A DNA stretch of 64,000 bases from NCBI RefSeq assembly GCF_964204645.1, contig NC_134026.1, forward strand, positions 20,122,150-20,186,149, in the 5' to 3' direction. The position numbers and the translations under genes were made by a program. Source of the stretch: Tubulanus polymorphus. Lineage: Eukaryota; Animalia; Nemertea. Position 1 is the stretch's first letter, and every line of letters starts with the position of its first letter. The notes under the pieces are model-generated. The model saw only the letters and a program-made list of their open reading frames with translations. It had not been told where the DNA came from and searched no databases. This document shows, in pieces, positions 50,386 to 62,995 of the stretch.

Positions 50386-51649
50386 GTTTAGATTTAGTTT
50401 ATGTTGCTGTGCAAATTACATTATCTTTGAGCACAGAAACATATTGAAGATATATGTATTGATACATAAGTATATGTAGGATGAATATGAATAAACATTG
50501 CAGTATCATTTTAGTTTTCTTTCCTTTTCGGACAGTACAGCGTGATATTTACTTAAGACGGAAACTTTTAGCTTGCCTTTTTATGAAATAAGCCTGCGTT
50601 ATTAGGGTTTCTCTATCAGAATTGAAGAGGAAGCACAATAATTTACGAATCCCAGGAACCGCAGTGAGATAGCTGGGTATATGTATACATGAATGCCATA
50701 GCCTTTCAAAATAAAGCCATACGAGTATAACGCGCATCTCATCTCCGATACATTAAGATTGCACTTATTACACGTCAGGTTGATCTCTTATTACGTATTT
50801 AGATATCTCCCTATCTTAACTGGAAGATTATTGAACCTGGGGTCCGTTTCACAGAACAACTCATCGTTTCATTAAAGTATCATGGTTTTTGTGTTATGAT
50901 TACTAATGAAACTAATTAAAGCCGTTGATCTGTGAAGCAGGTTCCAACGCACTCGCACAACGCGGCTTGTAGAGGTAATGGATAGGAATGTAATAAAATA
51001 TAAATACCCATCGCTTCTGCAAATTGCACTTCGCGCTGCTATAAATATCTATTTCAATACATTTTTATTGTGAACGCAATAAAAAGACGCCGTAATTGCT
51101 CGGTCTACCGGGATTGCTATCGCCATTAAGCGTGCACCGGATTTGCACGCCGAATTTAGCGATTTTTCTTAAAACGTATTAATGGAAAATAGAAAGCCTC
51201 CAGAGCTGATCTGATTGATAACGCACGACGAATTACTACAACACAATACATTGATATAAAACGTGCTGAATGTTTGTTTCTATTAAACTCGCGATCGTTT
51301 CTATCATTCACGTAAAAACCATGCGTATGCCAATTTTCAGCAACAAGTCAACAAACTATTATAGAGCATCTTCCTATACGCCACAGCGTGTCGGCCGGCA
51401 AGCGCAATCGGATGCTTCAAAGTAACAAGTGACAGTTGACTGCTGCCTGCGGGGATCATGTTGCCTGTGAACATCATACGGGACATCAGCGATTATTCCA
51501 GGGCTCCACTTCAATGATTATCTTGAGATTTCGAAGCGTGGTTGTAACTTATATTAGATCTATATACATACAAGAAACCAACGATTGCATTTTGAGAATA
51601 TTTTGAGAATATTTTCCATTTACATGTATAAACAGTTAGTAGTCGAATA

Positions 51650-51785
51650 CACAGGGGCTCGCATTTGAGGTTTGGGAGTGAATTGCAGCTTAGATCATCC
51701 AGTATTGATCCCTGGTAATAGTACCAGGGATGCTGGATGAATTAAGCTACAGCTCACCCCCAAACTTCAAATACGAACCCCTGTG
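51650..51785. mobile_element. Fold-back MITE with 8-bp TSD (hAT/P-like)
   Basis: GTCGAATA|CACAGGGG...CCCCTGTG|GTCGAATA; nearly the whole element is palindromic. Confidence 0.88.
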
Positions 51786-52936
51786 GTCGAATAAACATTC
51801 TAATCCGTACACTGTAAAAAAGTGAAGTAGTCCCACAATTTGACTTTTTATATGATAGAATCTATTACAATGAAGCCACAACGTTCCGGCTGTTGACTAA
51901 ACAGCCATCATCAAGTTCCGTGGGACTTCATTGGGACATATTTCTATGTATATACATCTTGAAATTTGCGTCATTCTATTCTTTTCATTAAAAGTGACTG
52001 TTGCTATCGAGAATAGAATTCCAATTATCTGTAAAAGCTATTTTTCTTCATTTTCCAGATGCTTTCGAGTACGCATCGCCCCGACGACGACGACAACTTA
52101 ACACGTCTGCCGTAGTATCGACCAGACAGAAGGGAAATAAAGTGAAGTGTCTGCATACGCGTGGTAAAGTGTACTAATGTAATTAGCGATTGGGAAAACG
52201 ATGATATTGCCTGATGTGCGCCCATAATCAAAATCATATTTGCGTGTGTATACTCGTTATACAACAGAATCATGATGCAATCTGAGATTTCAGAGGAATG
52301 AAGTCGCTAGTTTGCAGCGTAATTGCTTCGGCACGCGAATCGAGTTGACCAGCAGACGACCGCCGCGGTAAGTACTAATCCGAACTGCTCGGTGATCAGA
52401 GCGGCGATTTGCCACCGGATATGCGTCGTGACGCAATCTCAGCGCTCGATCGAAAGAACGATGAATACGCGAGTCACAGTCGATGCGATTCTCACGCCTG
52501 ATTTCAGCGAACATTCAGCAAACCGCGAATAACCGCGGACCCGCATACAAATTTTCTACTCGTCGCATCCGAACACCGGCGCGAGCATCCTCTCAAGTGC
52601 CGCGTTAATGGCGAGATGCAACAACGAGAAAAGTATAGTATCAGCGCGCCATTAGCGATTCATTCCATCGAACCGCGCGCAAACAACAAACAGGTTAAAT
52701 CTACTTTTGCCGTTATCTGCTCGGTTTGAAAATTCGGTTTCTCATCGGCGTCGACTTCTGTAAAGGTTACCGAAAGGCCGTCGGGATCGGGCGAAATTCG
52801 ATTTGTTTTCTATGAACGAGAATATCGAATTAGGCGAATCGGATTTATTTCGTCTATACCGGACTATTTCAGACGACGCCGAAACTTTCGATGCGCCGTT
52901 ATCGGGTAAATTGACGGGGTTTGCGTTAAATACAAG

Positions 52937-55171
52937 ATGTCGCGAACGGTTAGTACGATACATATATTTTTACACGTAGCTGAGTTATGTCTGCAGATTG
53001 AAGCGGCCACGAAATATCGGCACACCGGTGCCTATTGGCAAATAACGATAGTTTGTCTAGTGTTGATTGCCTTGTTGACGATGAACGTTACGTCTCTAGT
53101 CTGGATTTATAAACGCTTGGATTTTCACAAAGATAGGACGAAATCCGTCCTATGCGTCGTAGTCCACGTATTCCAGTTCGGGCCGATATGGCGCTACTTC
53201 AAGCTGCTAGTCGTCTACGAAGACGCGGATTACGAAGAGTTGATAACTCTGCGCCACATACAGTCTCTGATACAGACGGGCCCCTATCTGGTCATACAAG
53301 TATTCCTATTATTTCACGTATCTCAGAATGCATTTGTTATATCGTGTTGTATCATCGCCTTATTGTCGCTGACGGTGACGTTCGCGACCTACACCGAGAA
53401 GCCGGTTACACCGCCACCGCAGCCGCAAACTGCCGACGTCGCCCGAGATAATCCGACGCCCGATTCGCCGATCACGGAGAACGGAAAGCCTATAGCCAGC
53501 AGTAATCGTAAACCGGATACCGAGTGGTTTCTGAGAGCGAGGAAACATTTCTTTCGTCTGTTTATTCAGTGTCTATGGCGGCTTTTTATGTTGACCTCTC
53601 GAGTAGCGGCGTTCTCGCTATTTGCCATGGCTAAACAGTTCTGGGTATTTGTGCCGATCGGCATTCACTTTTTCGTATTTTTCGCTTGGTACATCGGCAA
53701 AGACTTCAGACGGGTCACGCGCAAAAGCCGGACGTTAAAATGCCGCCTGGTCGAAGTAAAGCGCGCCTACGCGCAGATATTCGATCTCGTAAATTGTAAA
53801 GGGAACGAGAGATTACGGGTAGTTTTTCTGTACTATTTTCTTGTGATTTTAGAGAACGCTACGTGTACGGTGTTAGCGCTGGCACTCGACCACGAACTAG
53901 CGACAACGAACTACAAACTCGCCATTTTGGGCACCGTATTCGGAGCGTTTTTGATCGGTTGCATTTTCGTTATTGTCTATCATAGTTTTTGTCGCCAGCG
54001 TCCGGCGAACTCCGCGGCCGGTAAAATATCGACGAGATGTCGGGCAGTTTGTTGCAAGTTCAACACTTCCGGTGGCCGCGGCAGCAAACGAAACAAAAAT
54101 GGCGTCGTCGCGGAAACCGCGATCGAAATCGAGCACGATGATTTCATGTGGGATGATTACGACGGAGATATACCGCAGAGGCATACGCAGGGTTATGTAA
54201 ATAAAGCCTTCGAAAACGATATATTTTCGCAAAGAAAACACACAATGACTATTGATAGCTTGGCGTTAGAAAGTGGCAGCGTGGTTAGCGCGGGGACCAG
54301 ACGTTCCAGCTACTCGCGGTATTCTCGGCGCGTTGCGGCTTCACGCATAGGCGGCCGATCCTCCTCAAACGGTATCGCGTCGAGCGTCGTCGGAAAAAGT
54401 CCGGCTCGTCAGTCTTCTTCAATCGAAGCACAACATGAAAAACGGATACAGCCGTCGGCGATGTCCAAACACGCATCTGTATGCTCGTCAAACAGCCGAA
54501 ATACAAACACCGTCGACACGAGCGCTGAGAATACTCTCCGGCGGATATTCCGCCGTAAAGAAAAACGGCCGTCATCAATTCAGTCGATCGTAGCGTCGGA
54601 TTCGTATAAAGTTGCCGAAATACCCGCTTCGACGGCGGAAGCGTTTGATGCGCCACCGGGGGACCGTCTGCAAGGTGAATTACGTGATAGTCCTACTAAA
54701 GTTTGTCGGCGCTTCAGCGAAAGCGATGGAGACAAAAGTGTTGTTTCCTGCTCTCAGAAGAGATGCTTCATTAACGCCGACTCGATTGTATCTTTCGAAA
54801 CGTCCGATGACGACACCGTAACCAGTAGCGACTCTGATGGTTCATTTGCTCGTACGTGGCCACCGTCCAATCACCCCGTGGCGCCCGCGAACGAACCGGC
54901 CGATCGAAATACGCACGAACAGGTCGCCGAGTGGATCAAGGAAATCTCGCGGTTCAACCTGCAGCCAGTACCGGAGCCTGTGATCGAGTATCCACCGCCA
55001 AAACGTAGTAAAAGGGCCCTGCGGACCAAAGCGGACAATACGTTCACAAATTTGTTCCGAAAATATTCTTGGCTGAAGAAGAATAAGTTCTCCAGTTTGC
55101 AATGTCGAACGCCAAGTCCAAGAAAACGAACCCGTAAAACTTGTTACGCAAATCCCGTCAATTGTACCTAA
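52937..55171 (+). CDS. XK-related protein (Xkr phospholipid scramblase family), 744 aa, uninterrupted CDS
   Basis: Multi-pass N-terminal ~350 aa with XK motifs HVFQFGPIWRY, LRHIQSLIQTGPYLVIQ, WRLFMLTSRVAAFSLFA and YYFLVILEN; long Ser/Arg-rich cytoplasmic tail; in-frame upstream TAA at 52907. The paralog cannot be assigned by eye. Confidence 0.85.
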   Translation: MSRTVSTIHIFLHVAELCLQIEAATKYRHTGAYWQITIVCLVLIALLTMNVTSLVWIYKRLDFHKDRTKSVLCVVVHVFQFGPIWRYFKLLVVYEDADYEELITLRHIQSLIQTGPYLVIQVFLLFHVSQNAFVISCCIIALLSLTVTFATYTEKPVTPPPQPQTADVARDNPTPDSPITENGKPIASSNRKPDTEWFLRARKHFFRLFIQCLWRLFMLTSRVAAFSLFAMAKQFWVFVPIGIHFFVFFAWYIGKDFRRVTRKSRTLKCRLVEVKRAYAQIFDLVNCKGNERLRVVFLYYFLVILENATCTVLALALDHELATTNYKLAILGTVFGAFLIGCIFVIVYHSFCRQRPANSAAGKISTRCRAVCCKFNTSGGRGSKRNKNGVVAETAIEIEHDDFMWDDYDGDIPQRHTQGYVNKAFENDIFSQRKHTMTIDSLALESGSVVSAGTRRSSYSRYSRRVAASRIGGRSSSNGIASSVVGKSPARQSSSIEAQHEKRIQPSAMSKHASVCSSNSRNTNTVDTSAENTLRRIFRRKEKRPSSIQSIVASDSYKVAEIPASTAEAFDAPPGDRLQGELRDSPTKVCRRFSESDGDKSVVSCSQKRCFINADSIVSFETSDDDTVTSSDSDGSFARTWPPSNHPVAPANEPADRNTHEQVAEWIKEISRFNLQPVPEPVIEYPPPKRSKRALRTKADNTFTNLFRKYSWLKKNKFSSLQCRTPSPRKRTRKTCYANPVNCT

Positions 55172-55221
55172 ACATTCGAGAAATAAAAAAATATTCAATT
55201 TCAATGCGAATCATCAGAAAA

Positions 55222-55430
55222 AGTAAGTTTAAAACTCGCTACACACAGAATTTAAAAGATTTGGAATTAATTTTATTTGTCAAGAATTAAAATCAAAATA
55301 CACGACGTAACTCTTAACACTTATTTCTTTGTAAGTAGAATTCGTTTTAATCTCTTAAATTCTGTACAAAGTAGGTTTTAAACTTATAAATTTTCTCCAC
55401 GTCAGAGTATATATAGGCTATTCTACCATC
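55222..55430 (+). mobile_element. Family A palindromic element, copy 3, with the ribozyme centre deleted (just 3' of the Xkr stop)
   Basis: AAGTTTAAAACTC...AAAATCAAAATACACGACG, then the right arm ...GTTTTAAACTTAT and tail TTCTCCACGTCAGAGTAT; core missing. Confidence 0.62.
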
Positions 55431-57123
55431 ACAAGAAGTATTTACACGTGAAAACGATGTATGATTGGCTCCTATACGATGCAGGCATTTCAGCAGCTTG
55501 ACCAATTTCGATTCACGGAGCGATAGAATTGTGTTACGAAGTATAATCAAAAAAAGATTATAGCTTTAATACTGAAATAATTTTCATATGAAATATATAT
55601 ATATATATATTGAAATTACGGGTAACCAGAAATCCACTGTCGGATAGGTACATTATCATTAAAGTAGAATATGTTGTTTTTTCGGGTTGCCTTTACGTTG
55701 ATTTGGTAAATCCATCTTTTAGGTAAATAATATATATCTTTAGAAGTCGTAGATTTTACATGGGATGATTTTTCAAGTGTAGATATATTTTGTTTTATTC
55801 AAAGACGGAATGTTAAACTATATAAATTTACTTGAAAATTTGATTTCCAGCCGTTTTGTTAGATCAAATATTCTGGTTCCAATGTCACATGCCCTGCATA
55901 GAGGAATTTTGGCAGGAGGAAGAGTTTAAAATGTCAAACAACGGAATTGTAATAAATATGGATTTGCAGCATTACATCGAATATATCATCATATTTCAAA
56001 ACAGAATCTCAATCGCCATTCACAATGGGGCACCCGCACCGCTATTGTGGCAATCGAGGATTCCACGTATGGCAGGCGAGGACCCGCCAGGTTCGCTAGT
56101 GATTACTCGGTTACCGCGCTTCAATTTCTTCTACATTTCAATTAGATTTGAGTCAACTTTTCTCAATAGCTGATAAAACTACCATACACTTATTGGGAAC
56201 GTCGTTCTTTTATCTTTTTGATGACTCATTTGACAACATTTCCATTTGGGAGCCTATCCAGTTCAAAGTTCATTGAAATTAAACTAAGTTTCACTACGTA
56301 CAACTGAGTGTATTGTAGTGCCATCTGGATTGTGCCGATATCTCATTTCAGTCGATTTTCCAATGGGTTCAAATGTATGAAAATGTGAAATTCCGATATC
56401 CTTCTTAATTTTTATGTCTCGATATTTGCTCGAAATGTTCCCCGTAATATGAAACGACGGTTTTCGCGATGTTTAGCGGTGTTTCAGCGTTCGACACGTA
56501 TCCTAAGTAAACATAATTTCTCGTCGCAAATCTTCTTGTAGCAGGTACATTAAGTCTAAAATCTGTCGTCTAATATTTCGTTATTTGATATGGCATGGAT
56601 TACGGACAAGAGGACAGACTCCGAGAACAAATTCGTTAAAAGAGACATTTTCCCGATTATTCAGGCGAAACCGAGGGAAAGAACATGAAATCCAGCTATG
56701 ACCAAAAAAAGGATGTACAAGTCATACTAATATATGTACGAAAACACAGCAAATTTATCTACGATTCGTTAGGTATGAGGTTTGGTTTTACCTTACCTAT
56801 CAATCAAATTACTAAATATTTTCAGTCAAAAACTTAAGAGAAATTTCCCCAGCTAACTTTCATCGCTACCATATACGTCAACAAACCTGTCTTGCGGAAG
56901 AATTTCTCTGCCTAGCAAGAAGACTTGAAACGTGGTTTTGGCGTTTCATCTCTAAAGGTAATTCCTGTCTGATGAGTCCCGAGTGTATAGTCACCTCGTT
57001 CGGATCATCGACAAGTAAGGAAACTCGCTAACATACACTGAAATAGAAACTGTATTCGGTTTTCGATACGAACATCCTTTATATACCGATGATGCAACAT
57101 TTAGACTAAACTAAAATGATACA

Positions 57124-57330
57124 TGTACCTTGTTTTTCCTAATCGGCCGGGTAATTTTTGTAAAGTTCGATGAAATTAGCAATCAGCTCATTTTTATAGC
57201 TGTCGGGTCTGTTATGGTAAAATTGATAATGATTTAAAAGAAGTATTGTACAGGGTAGATTGGAGGCCGGCTGGGGTCAACTTTTAAGCTAAGCAGAAAG
57301 GAGAAACAGTGTATCAATTTTGTAGCCTTA
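57124..57330. mobile_element. MITE family E, copy 3
   Basis: TACCTTGTTTTTCCTAATCGG... / ...AGCAGAAAGGAGAAACAGTGTATCAATTTTGTAGCCTTA. Confidence 0.65.
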
Positions 57331-57677
57331 TCAGAAAGACATATGACTGTTCAACAAAAGAGTGACTTGAAATCGCATTTAAAATAGATAAGATATTCTT
57401 TGGTAATGAATTCTGATTCGAAACCATGCAGCAAACGCAGGGAACCAATAATCTATCACCTATAACCCGCAGCAATCCATCATTTTTAATTAGAGCTTCC
57501 CCGAGTTTAAACGCGTCTTCGCTGGCTTCGAGCAAAACTAATTAAATCCGCTTGTAAGAAGTTTCTTTGATGGTTGAGTGAAGATCCAGCCGAAAACTGA
57601 GAACGTTGTCAATTCTAAAAACGTCTCGCTAACTCTAGCGATCACTATTTTCTATTACATTTCGATTACTTCTGTGA

Positions 57678-57820
57678 GGTCGGTTTTATAGACTGGTTTT
57701 CTTTATCCTGGGAGTTAACCTAATTCATTTTGATCCAGTTAACCAAATTCATATCAACTCAAATCATTTTAGTTGATTAACCCCTGGGTTAAAGATAATA
57801 TCGGTCTATGAAACCGGGCC
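57678..57820. mobile_element. Harbinger-like MITE
   Basis: GGTCGGTTTTATAGACTGG... / ...TCGGTCTATGAAACCGGGCC|CTG. Confidence 0.62.
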
Positions 57821-59599
57821 CTGTAGTTTCGATGTTCTGGCAGTGGTGGTTAATATTGCGTTCAAGTCAGACATGGTTGTATATCAACGATACCATCGTC
57901 AATATCTTTCATATTCGGCGGAACGCTTGTTTTAATCTCAAGATTCGGGGCAGCTAAACGACACGTAGAAAATCCCCGAACAACATTAAGTTATTGATTT
58001 ACCATTTAGCCGATGCCGACAACATTTTGTGCTCTATAAAACATCCATTTAGATTAAGTATCGATCCGGGGGTACGGGGTAGGTTGGATGTGGGCGCGCA
58101 ACTTTTGTTGTGGATTTAATGAAATTTTCTGCGTCACGCTCGGCCGAGAATGCGGGTGTCAGAGATTTTATTTGACGCCGATAAATCGATGCGGTATTAA
58201 AGAGGAAACACCGGTAAGAGTTCGGCATAGCGTCAACCGACAAACGAATAAGAAAGCATGCCGTCTGTCAAAAAATGAGATTGATTATAACTGCGTTCGT
58301 ATGCTTTTTAAACTGATTGATTACAAAAGGAACTACATTTGACACTAGTCGAGTTGGTACAAAATAATACTTTCGTTTTGTCTGCCATTCAGCGGAGAAA
58401 AATGACATCCATCATTTCTACGTCGGTCGAAGTTGATAGATTAGCTTAGAAGGCGATCGTAGTTCGATACATTTCATTGAACAAAAAACATCACTCTGTA
58501 ACAAATCAAGATCTAGAAAATTTGATTACATTAATATCCGTTCCTCTGAATTCTTGGAACAACATAGTAGCGTCAAAAACATCACGCTGAATGAAAACCT
58601 CACTCTTTAATATGCATATCAAGATCTAGGAAATCTGAAAAACTTTATTCATCGACAACCTTTATGGTATTTCAAGATATCAGAATAAAGGACGTATAGG
58701 CCTAGTATCTATATTGAAAAAGAAGTGACAAGCAGGTATATTGCTGTTCTTCAATGACTTTTGATTGGCTCGTTCGGCTGACAGGTGAGTTTGCAAAACC
58801 CTATTTTGGACCGACCTGAAAAAAATAATGTGAATTATATGTTATTACTACTGTTATTATATGTGAAGCATCTCCGCTCATAGCCAACAAGACTCTAAAT
58901 TGTATCTAATCATTTCATTGCGGCAGATTATGTTGTCAATATCGATCTAAGATGAACCTCAAATCTTTTTTAAAAAATCGGACCCTCGGTTCTTGCTCCG
59001 TATTGACTGGCTTGATTTGCTGATTGAGCCTTGTGTATCTACAATTCGATGTACAATTCGATGTACAATTCGTTGTACATGCATGTGCGCGATATAACGT
59101 TCGTTTCTTTGAGTGGCATCGGCGTGGTAATTGAATTAGCCACTCGCCTTGTTGCTGCACATTTGCGCCGTATTCGACGACGACGAGGAATGAGGGGCGA
59201 GCCTAAATTCATTAGGTGTGATTGGTAACTTCGTCAATTGCTGTTTCAACGAAGTTAATCAGAGACACTCGACTAAGCGTCGCCCGTGGAAATATTTCGC
59301 TCAACCAAACGTCAAATAGTCGCGATGACGATACTCGTATTTTTAGCGTTATGGACTTCAAAATACCACAGTAACATACTAATCTCCACATTTTAGACAA
59401 AATAGGTTTTCATGGTAGATACATGAACTACTATCCTTTCAAAAGTTTTGGAATAGTCATGGTTTAGTTGCCTATTTTTGCTAAATCACAAGAAAAAATC
59501 ACAAATGTTTCGAATTCACTTATTAGCATAGTAGCGTAGATAGATAGTACGTGATATGATAATGATATGATGATAAGGACATGCTAATTTCGATCAAAA

Positions 59600-59750
59600 T
59601 AAAAGGATACTGTGGTGGCTGATTCGGGCCATACTAAAAAATGTTTCTATACGGCTAGGCTAGAAGAGCGATAAAAAATGTTATCGTTCCTCTAGCCGCA
59701 CAGAAAATATTTTTGTATGGCCTGAATAAGCAACCATGGGATGCACTTTT
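59600..59750. mobile_element. Palindromic MITE-like element
   Basis: TGGTGGCTGATTCGGGCCATAC / GTATGGCCTGAATAAGCAACCA arms with an inner CTAGAAGAGCGATAA / TTATCGTTCCTCTAG hairpin. Confidence 0.6.
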
Positions 59751-59979
59751 TTCGCCCCATAAATTTCGTACGTTTTTGTGTTTTGAATACATGGAGTTAT
59801 TAGAGCATGTTAACCAAGTATCTATTTAATACTTATTTGCATGCGTTAATTGTTTTTCAAGTGAAACTCTGGTTAGTACCGATGAGGTGTGTCATGAAAA
59901 TCGTTTTTTAAATAGAAATACCCACCATATGTACAAATTCAAAAGCTAAGCGTTTTTCAGAAATTTAGAACTAAAAACA

Positions 59980-60560
59980 GAGAATACGACGTTCTCTTGC
60001 GTTTAAACATCGGTCCGATATTCATCATGAAGTCACTCATCAGTTATCTAGTCTACGAATTTGCAATGGGACTTTTTTTAACACATGTGCCATATACGTT
60101 TACTTTCTGCCGTTAACATCGAATTCGGTTATAATAGCTCAGTTATTCAGGGGTTCATGGTTGGTTACCTTTGATCAGAAAACAACAAAATCTAAACGCA
60201 CCACAACAATGCTTGTAACTGTTTCACTCGCATTTGCCATTTTCACACTTCCGACTTCGATTGCAGCATTCTTACCATTACCCGCGAAACAGAAAAACTT
60301 CGTATATGACGTATTGAGTAAATCCAGGGCCTGGTTTCATAGACTGAGTATATCAAAGTTATTCCTATGGGTAAATCCTCAATCTGGGTGACAACCACCA
60401 TGGTTACATTGAGAAACCGTGGTAATAAATGACAAATTTCAAAATGTTCCCAGGAACTATTTTTCTTCCACATCTATGAAACCCAGCCCGGTTTGTAACT
60501 ATGTCGTTAATTTTCACATATATCTTTTAATGGGATGGGAAAAATTCGCGAATATTTCTG
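59980..60560 (+). pseudogene. Rhodopsin-like (peptide-receptor-type) GPCR pseudogene fragment, ECL2-TM7
   Basis: ENTTFSC (ECL2); IYVYFLP..SNSVIIAQLFR (TM5); KRTTTMLVTVSLAFAIFTLPTSI (TM6); after the MITE, CNYVVNFHIYLLMG..KF (TM7). Frameshifts are present. Confidence 0.65.
60328..60488. mobile_element. Harbinger-like MITE inserted in the GPCR pseudogene
   Basis: CAG|GGCCTGGTTTCATAGA... / ...TCTATGAAACCCAGCC|CGG (3-bp TSD with one mismatch). Confidence 0.68.
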
Positions 60561-60923
60561 CGCTTAAGTCCGTTGCAGGATTCCAGTAAAACAACAGTGA
60601 ATTTTACAGGTGAAGAGAATTCAACTACTTAAATCATCTTCATATCGGTGCATATAGGCCTAGTTTGTTGTTATCACGTGCTTGCATCTTATAACTTATT
60701 CGTGGAGCATAGCGCCAGGGCATCAGAAAATTCGGTTCGATATATCCCGTAACATTTTCTTATAGAACTTTACAAGGTGAAAAGAAAAATTAGGCGAATA
60801 ATCTTCGTTGCATCCATATAGGCCTACAGGACATCGAACAACTAGGCCTAAAAATAAAATCTGAATCAATTGGAATATCGGTATTCTTATTCACCACGTT
60901 GTGCAAGAAGCGACTGTATGACA

Positions 60924-61094
60924 AACTGTAAAATATACCACCCTCCCATATACCGCCACCCCCACCTACCGCCAGGGTTTCTCAATGTACATCTCTTATA
61001 CAAATACATAGTAAAACGCTCCCTATATAGGCCGTAATCTCTGTACCACCAAAATCGTTCCGCGCCATGTGGGCGGTATATCGGGGGTCGACTG
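60924..61094. mobile_element. Tc1/mariner(pogo)-like MITE remnant
   Basis: Right end GGCGGTATATCGGGGGTCGACTG|TA; left side has repeated ATATACCGCC; left terminus degraded. Confidence 0.5.
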
Positions 61095-61714
61095 TACCTA
61101 TAATGATAAAATACCTCTAACCAACGACGTACAATCTTGGATAACGCGCTCATCTATGTCCAATCCGTAGCCGAAGCCAGCCATGGTTTTGAGGGGCTCG
61201 GTTTTCATGGGTGGAACATTTCTAAAAAAGTGGAATTTTAATATCCTGGGAATTCTGAAGCATATGTTTCTATTTATCACAGGGAATCTGGCAAGCGATC
61301 TCAAAATGGTTACTTTTCAATAGTTGACTTATGATGGAAACAATGTGTTTTGAGAGTAGCTGTTCCGGAGTTACTTGCAAAAAGTCACTGTTTACAAACG
61401 AGTGGTTTTACAGTGGACTCCTACTGAGGAAACGGAAAACATGTTTTCGAGCGTTTCCCTGTGTAGTGTGCGTTTACGGGAAACACAGAGTCGAGAACAA
61501 CGTTTCTTCCGAGATCAAACATGTTTATTTCTGTGTTTCAGCGTTTCTTCCCAATGTAAAATGGCTAATGAAAACGAAAACGTCTTAATTACTTAGCAAT
61601 ATGACATATCTTTATTATCTTAATATAAATGTTATGTACATTAAATCATATTTTCATACAATGTACAATAATATCTTATTCTATACACATTTATCACTCA
61701 AGACATATTTACAC

Positions 61715-62247
<533 letters not shown>

Positions 62248-62761
62248 TAAATAGCCGGCATCGACATTCCAAAACTAGGAAAAACTAATGCCTTTTAATG
62301 GCTGAGGGCTGTAGCACAAACATTTTAGTTTATAATAATTTCTTGAAAACAGCTTCATTTCTTTAACCATCAGTGATTCAATTGCTAATTCAAAAGCTTG
62401 TGAACATTATAGGCCAGTACCAAACACAGCATTTAGTCTTTTTCTCACAATTTTAGTTTCTTATCCATGAAACTGATTCGTACGCGTTTCTATCATGATT
62501 TGTCGATGTAAATCTCTACTGCAACAACATCACTAATCCTGACTAATTAAGGTATTCCTTAGAATGGTTATTCCTAAGTCTTTTAATCTGTAAATTGCTT
62601 AGAACGACGGGCTTCCCATGGCTGCAGAGGCAAGATGGCCGTCGAAAGTAGATAGATCATCACACTTCGCGCGTTCAATCAAAATATATTCGTTCTCTAC
62701 GCAGGGGCGTCACTAGGATAACCATTGGTGAAACGCTAGATCCCTGTTGTGACGATATATT

Positions 62762-62995
62762 GAGAATCCCACATTGATATAATGAGAAAGATGAAGTTGG
62801 AAAAGTTTCTTTTCAGCTAATAATTCATTGATTCGACGTTTCGACTATAACCTGATAGTCGTCTTCAGGAATGACCTGAAGTTTCCATTCCTGAAGATGA
62901 AGTAGGTTATAGCCGAAACGTCGAATTAATTAATTATCAGCTTTAAGGAAACTTTTCGGACTTCACCTTTCTCATAATATCAATGTGGGATTCTC
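62762..62995. mobile_element. Palindromic hammerhead-bearing element, family C
   Basis: ~110-bp inverted arms GAGAATCCCACATTGATAT... / ...ATATCAATGTGGGATTCTC, with outward-facing hammerhead cores at the centre. Confidence 0.7.
62831..62872 (-). ncRNA. Minimal type I hammerhead ribozyme motif
   Basis: Minus strand: ATTC-CTGAAGA-C-GACTAT(CAGGTT)ATAGTC-GAAA-CG-TC-GAAT; perfect 4-bp stem I and 6-bp stem II. Confidence 0.65.

Noticed and set aside
56969-57030. CTGATGAGTCC hammerhead-like start
   Set aside because: No GGAC-GAAA closing stem II at a suitable position, and no stem I or III.
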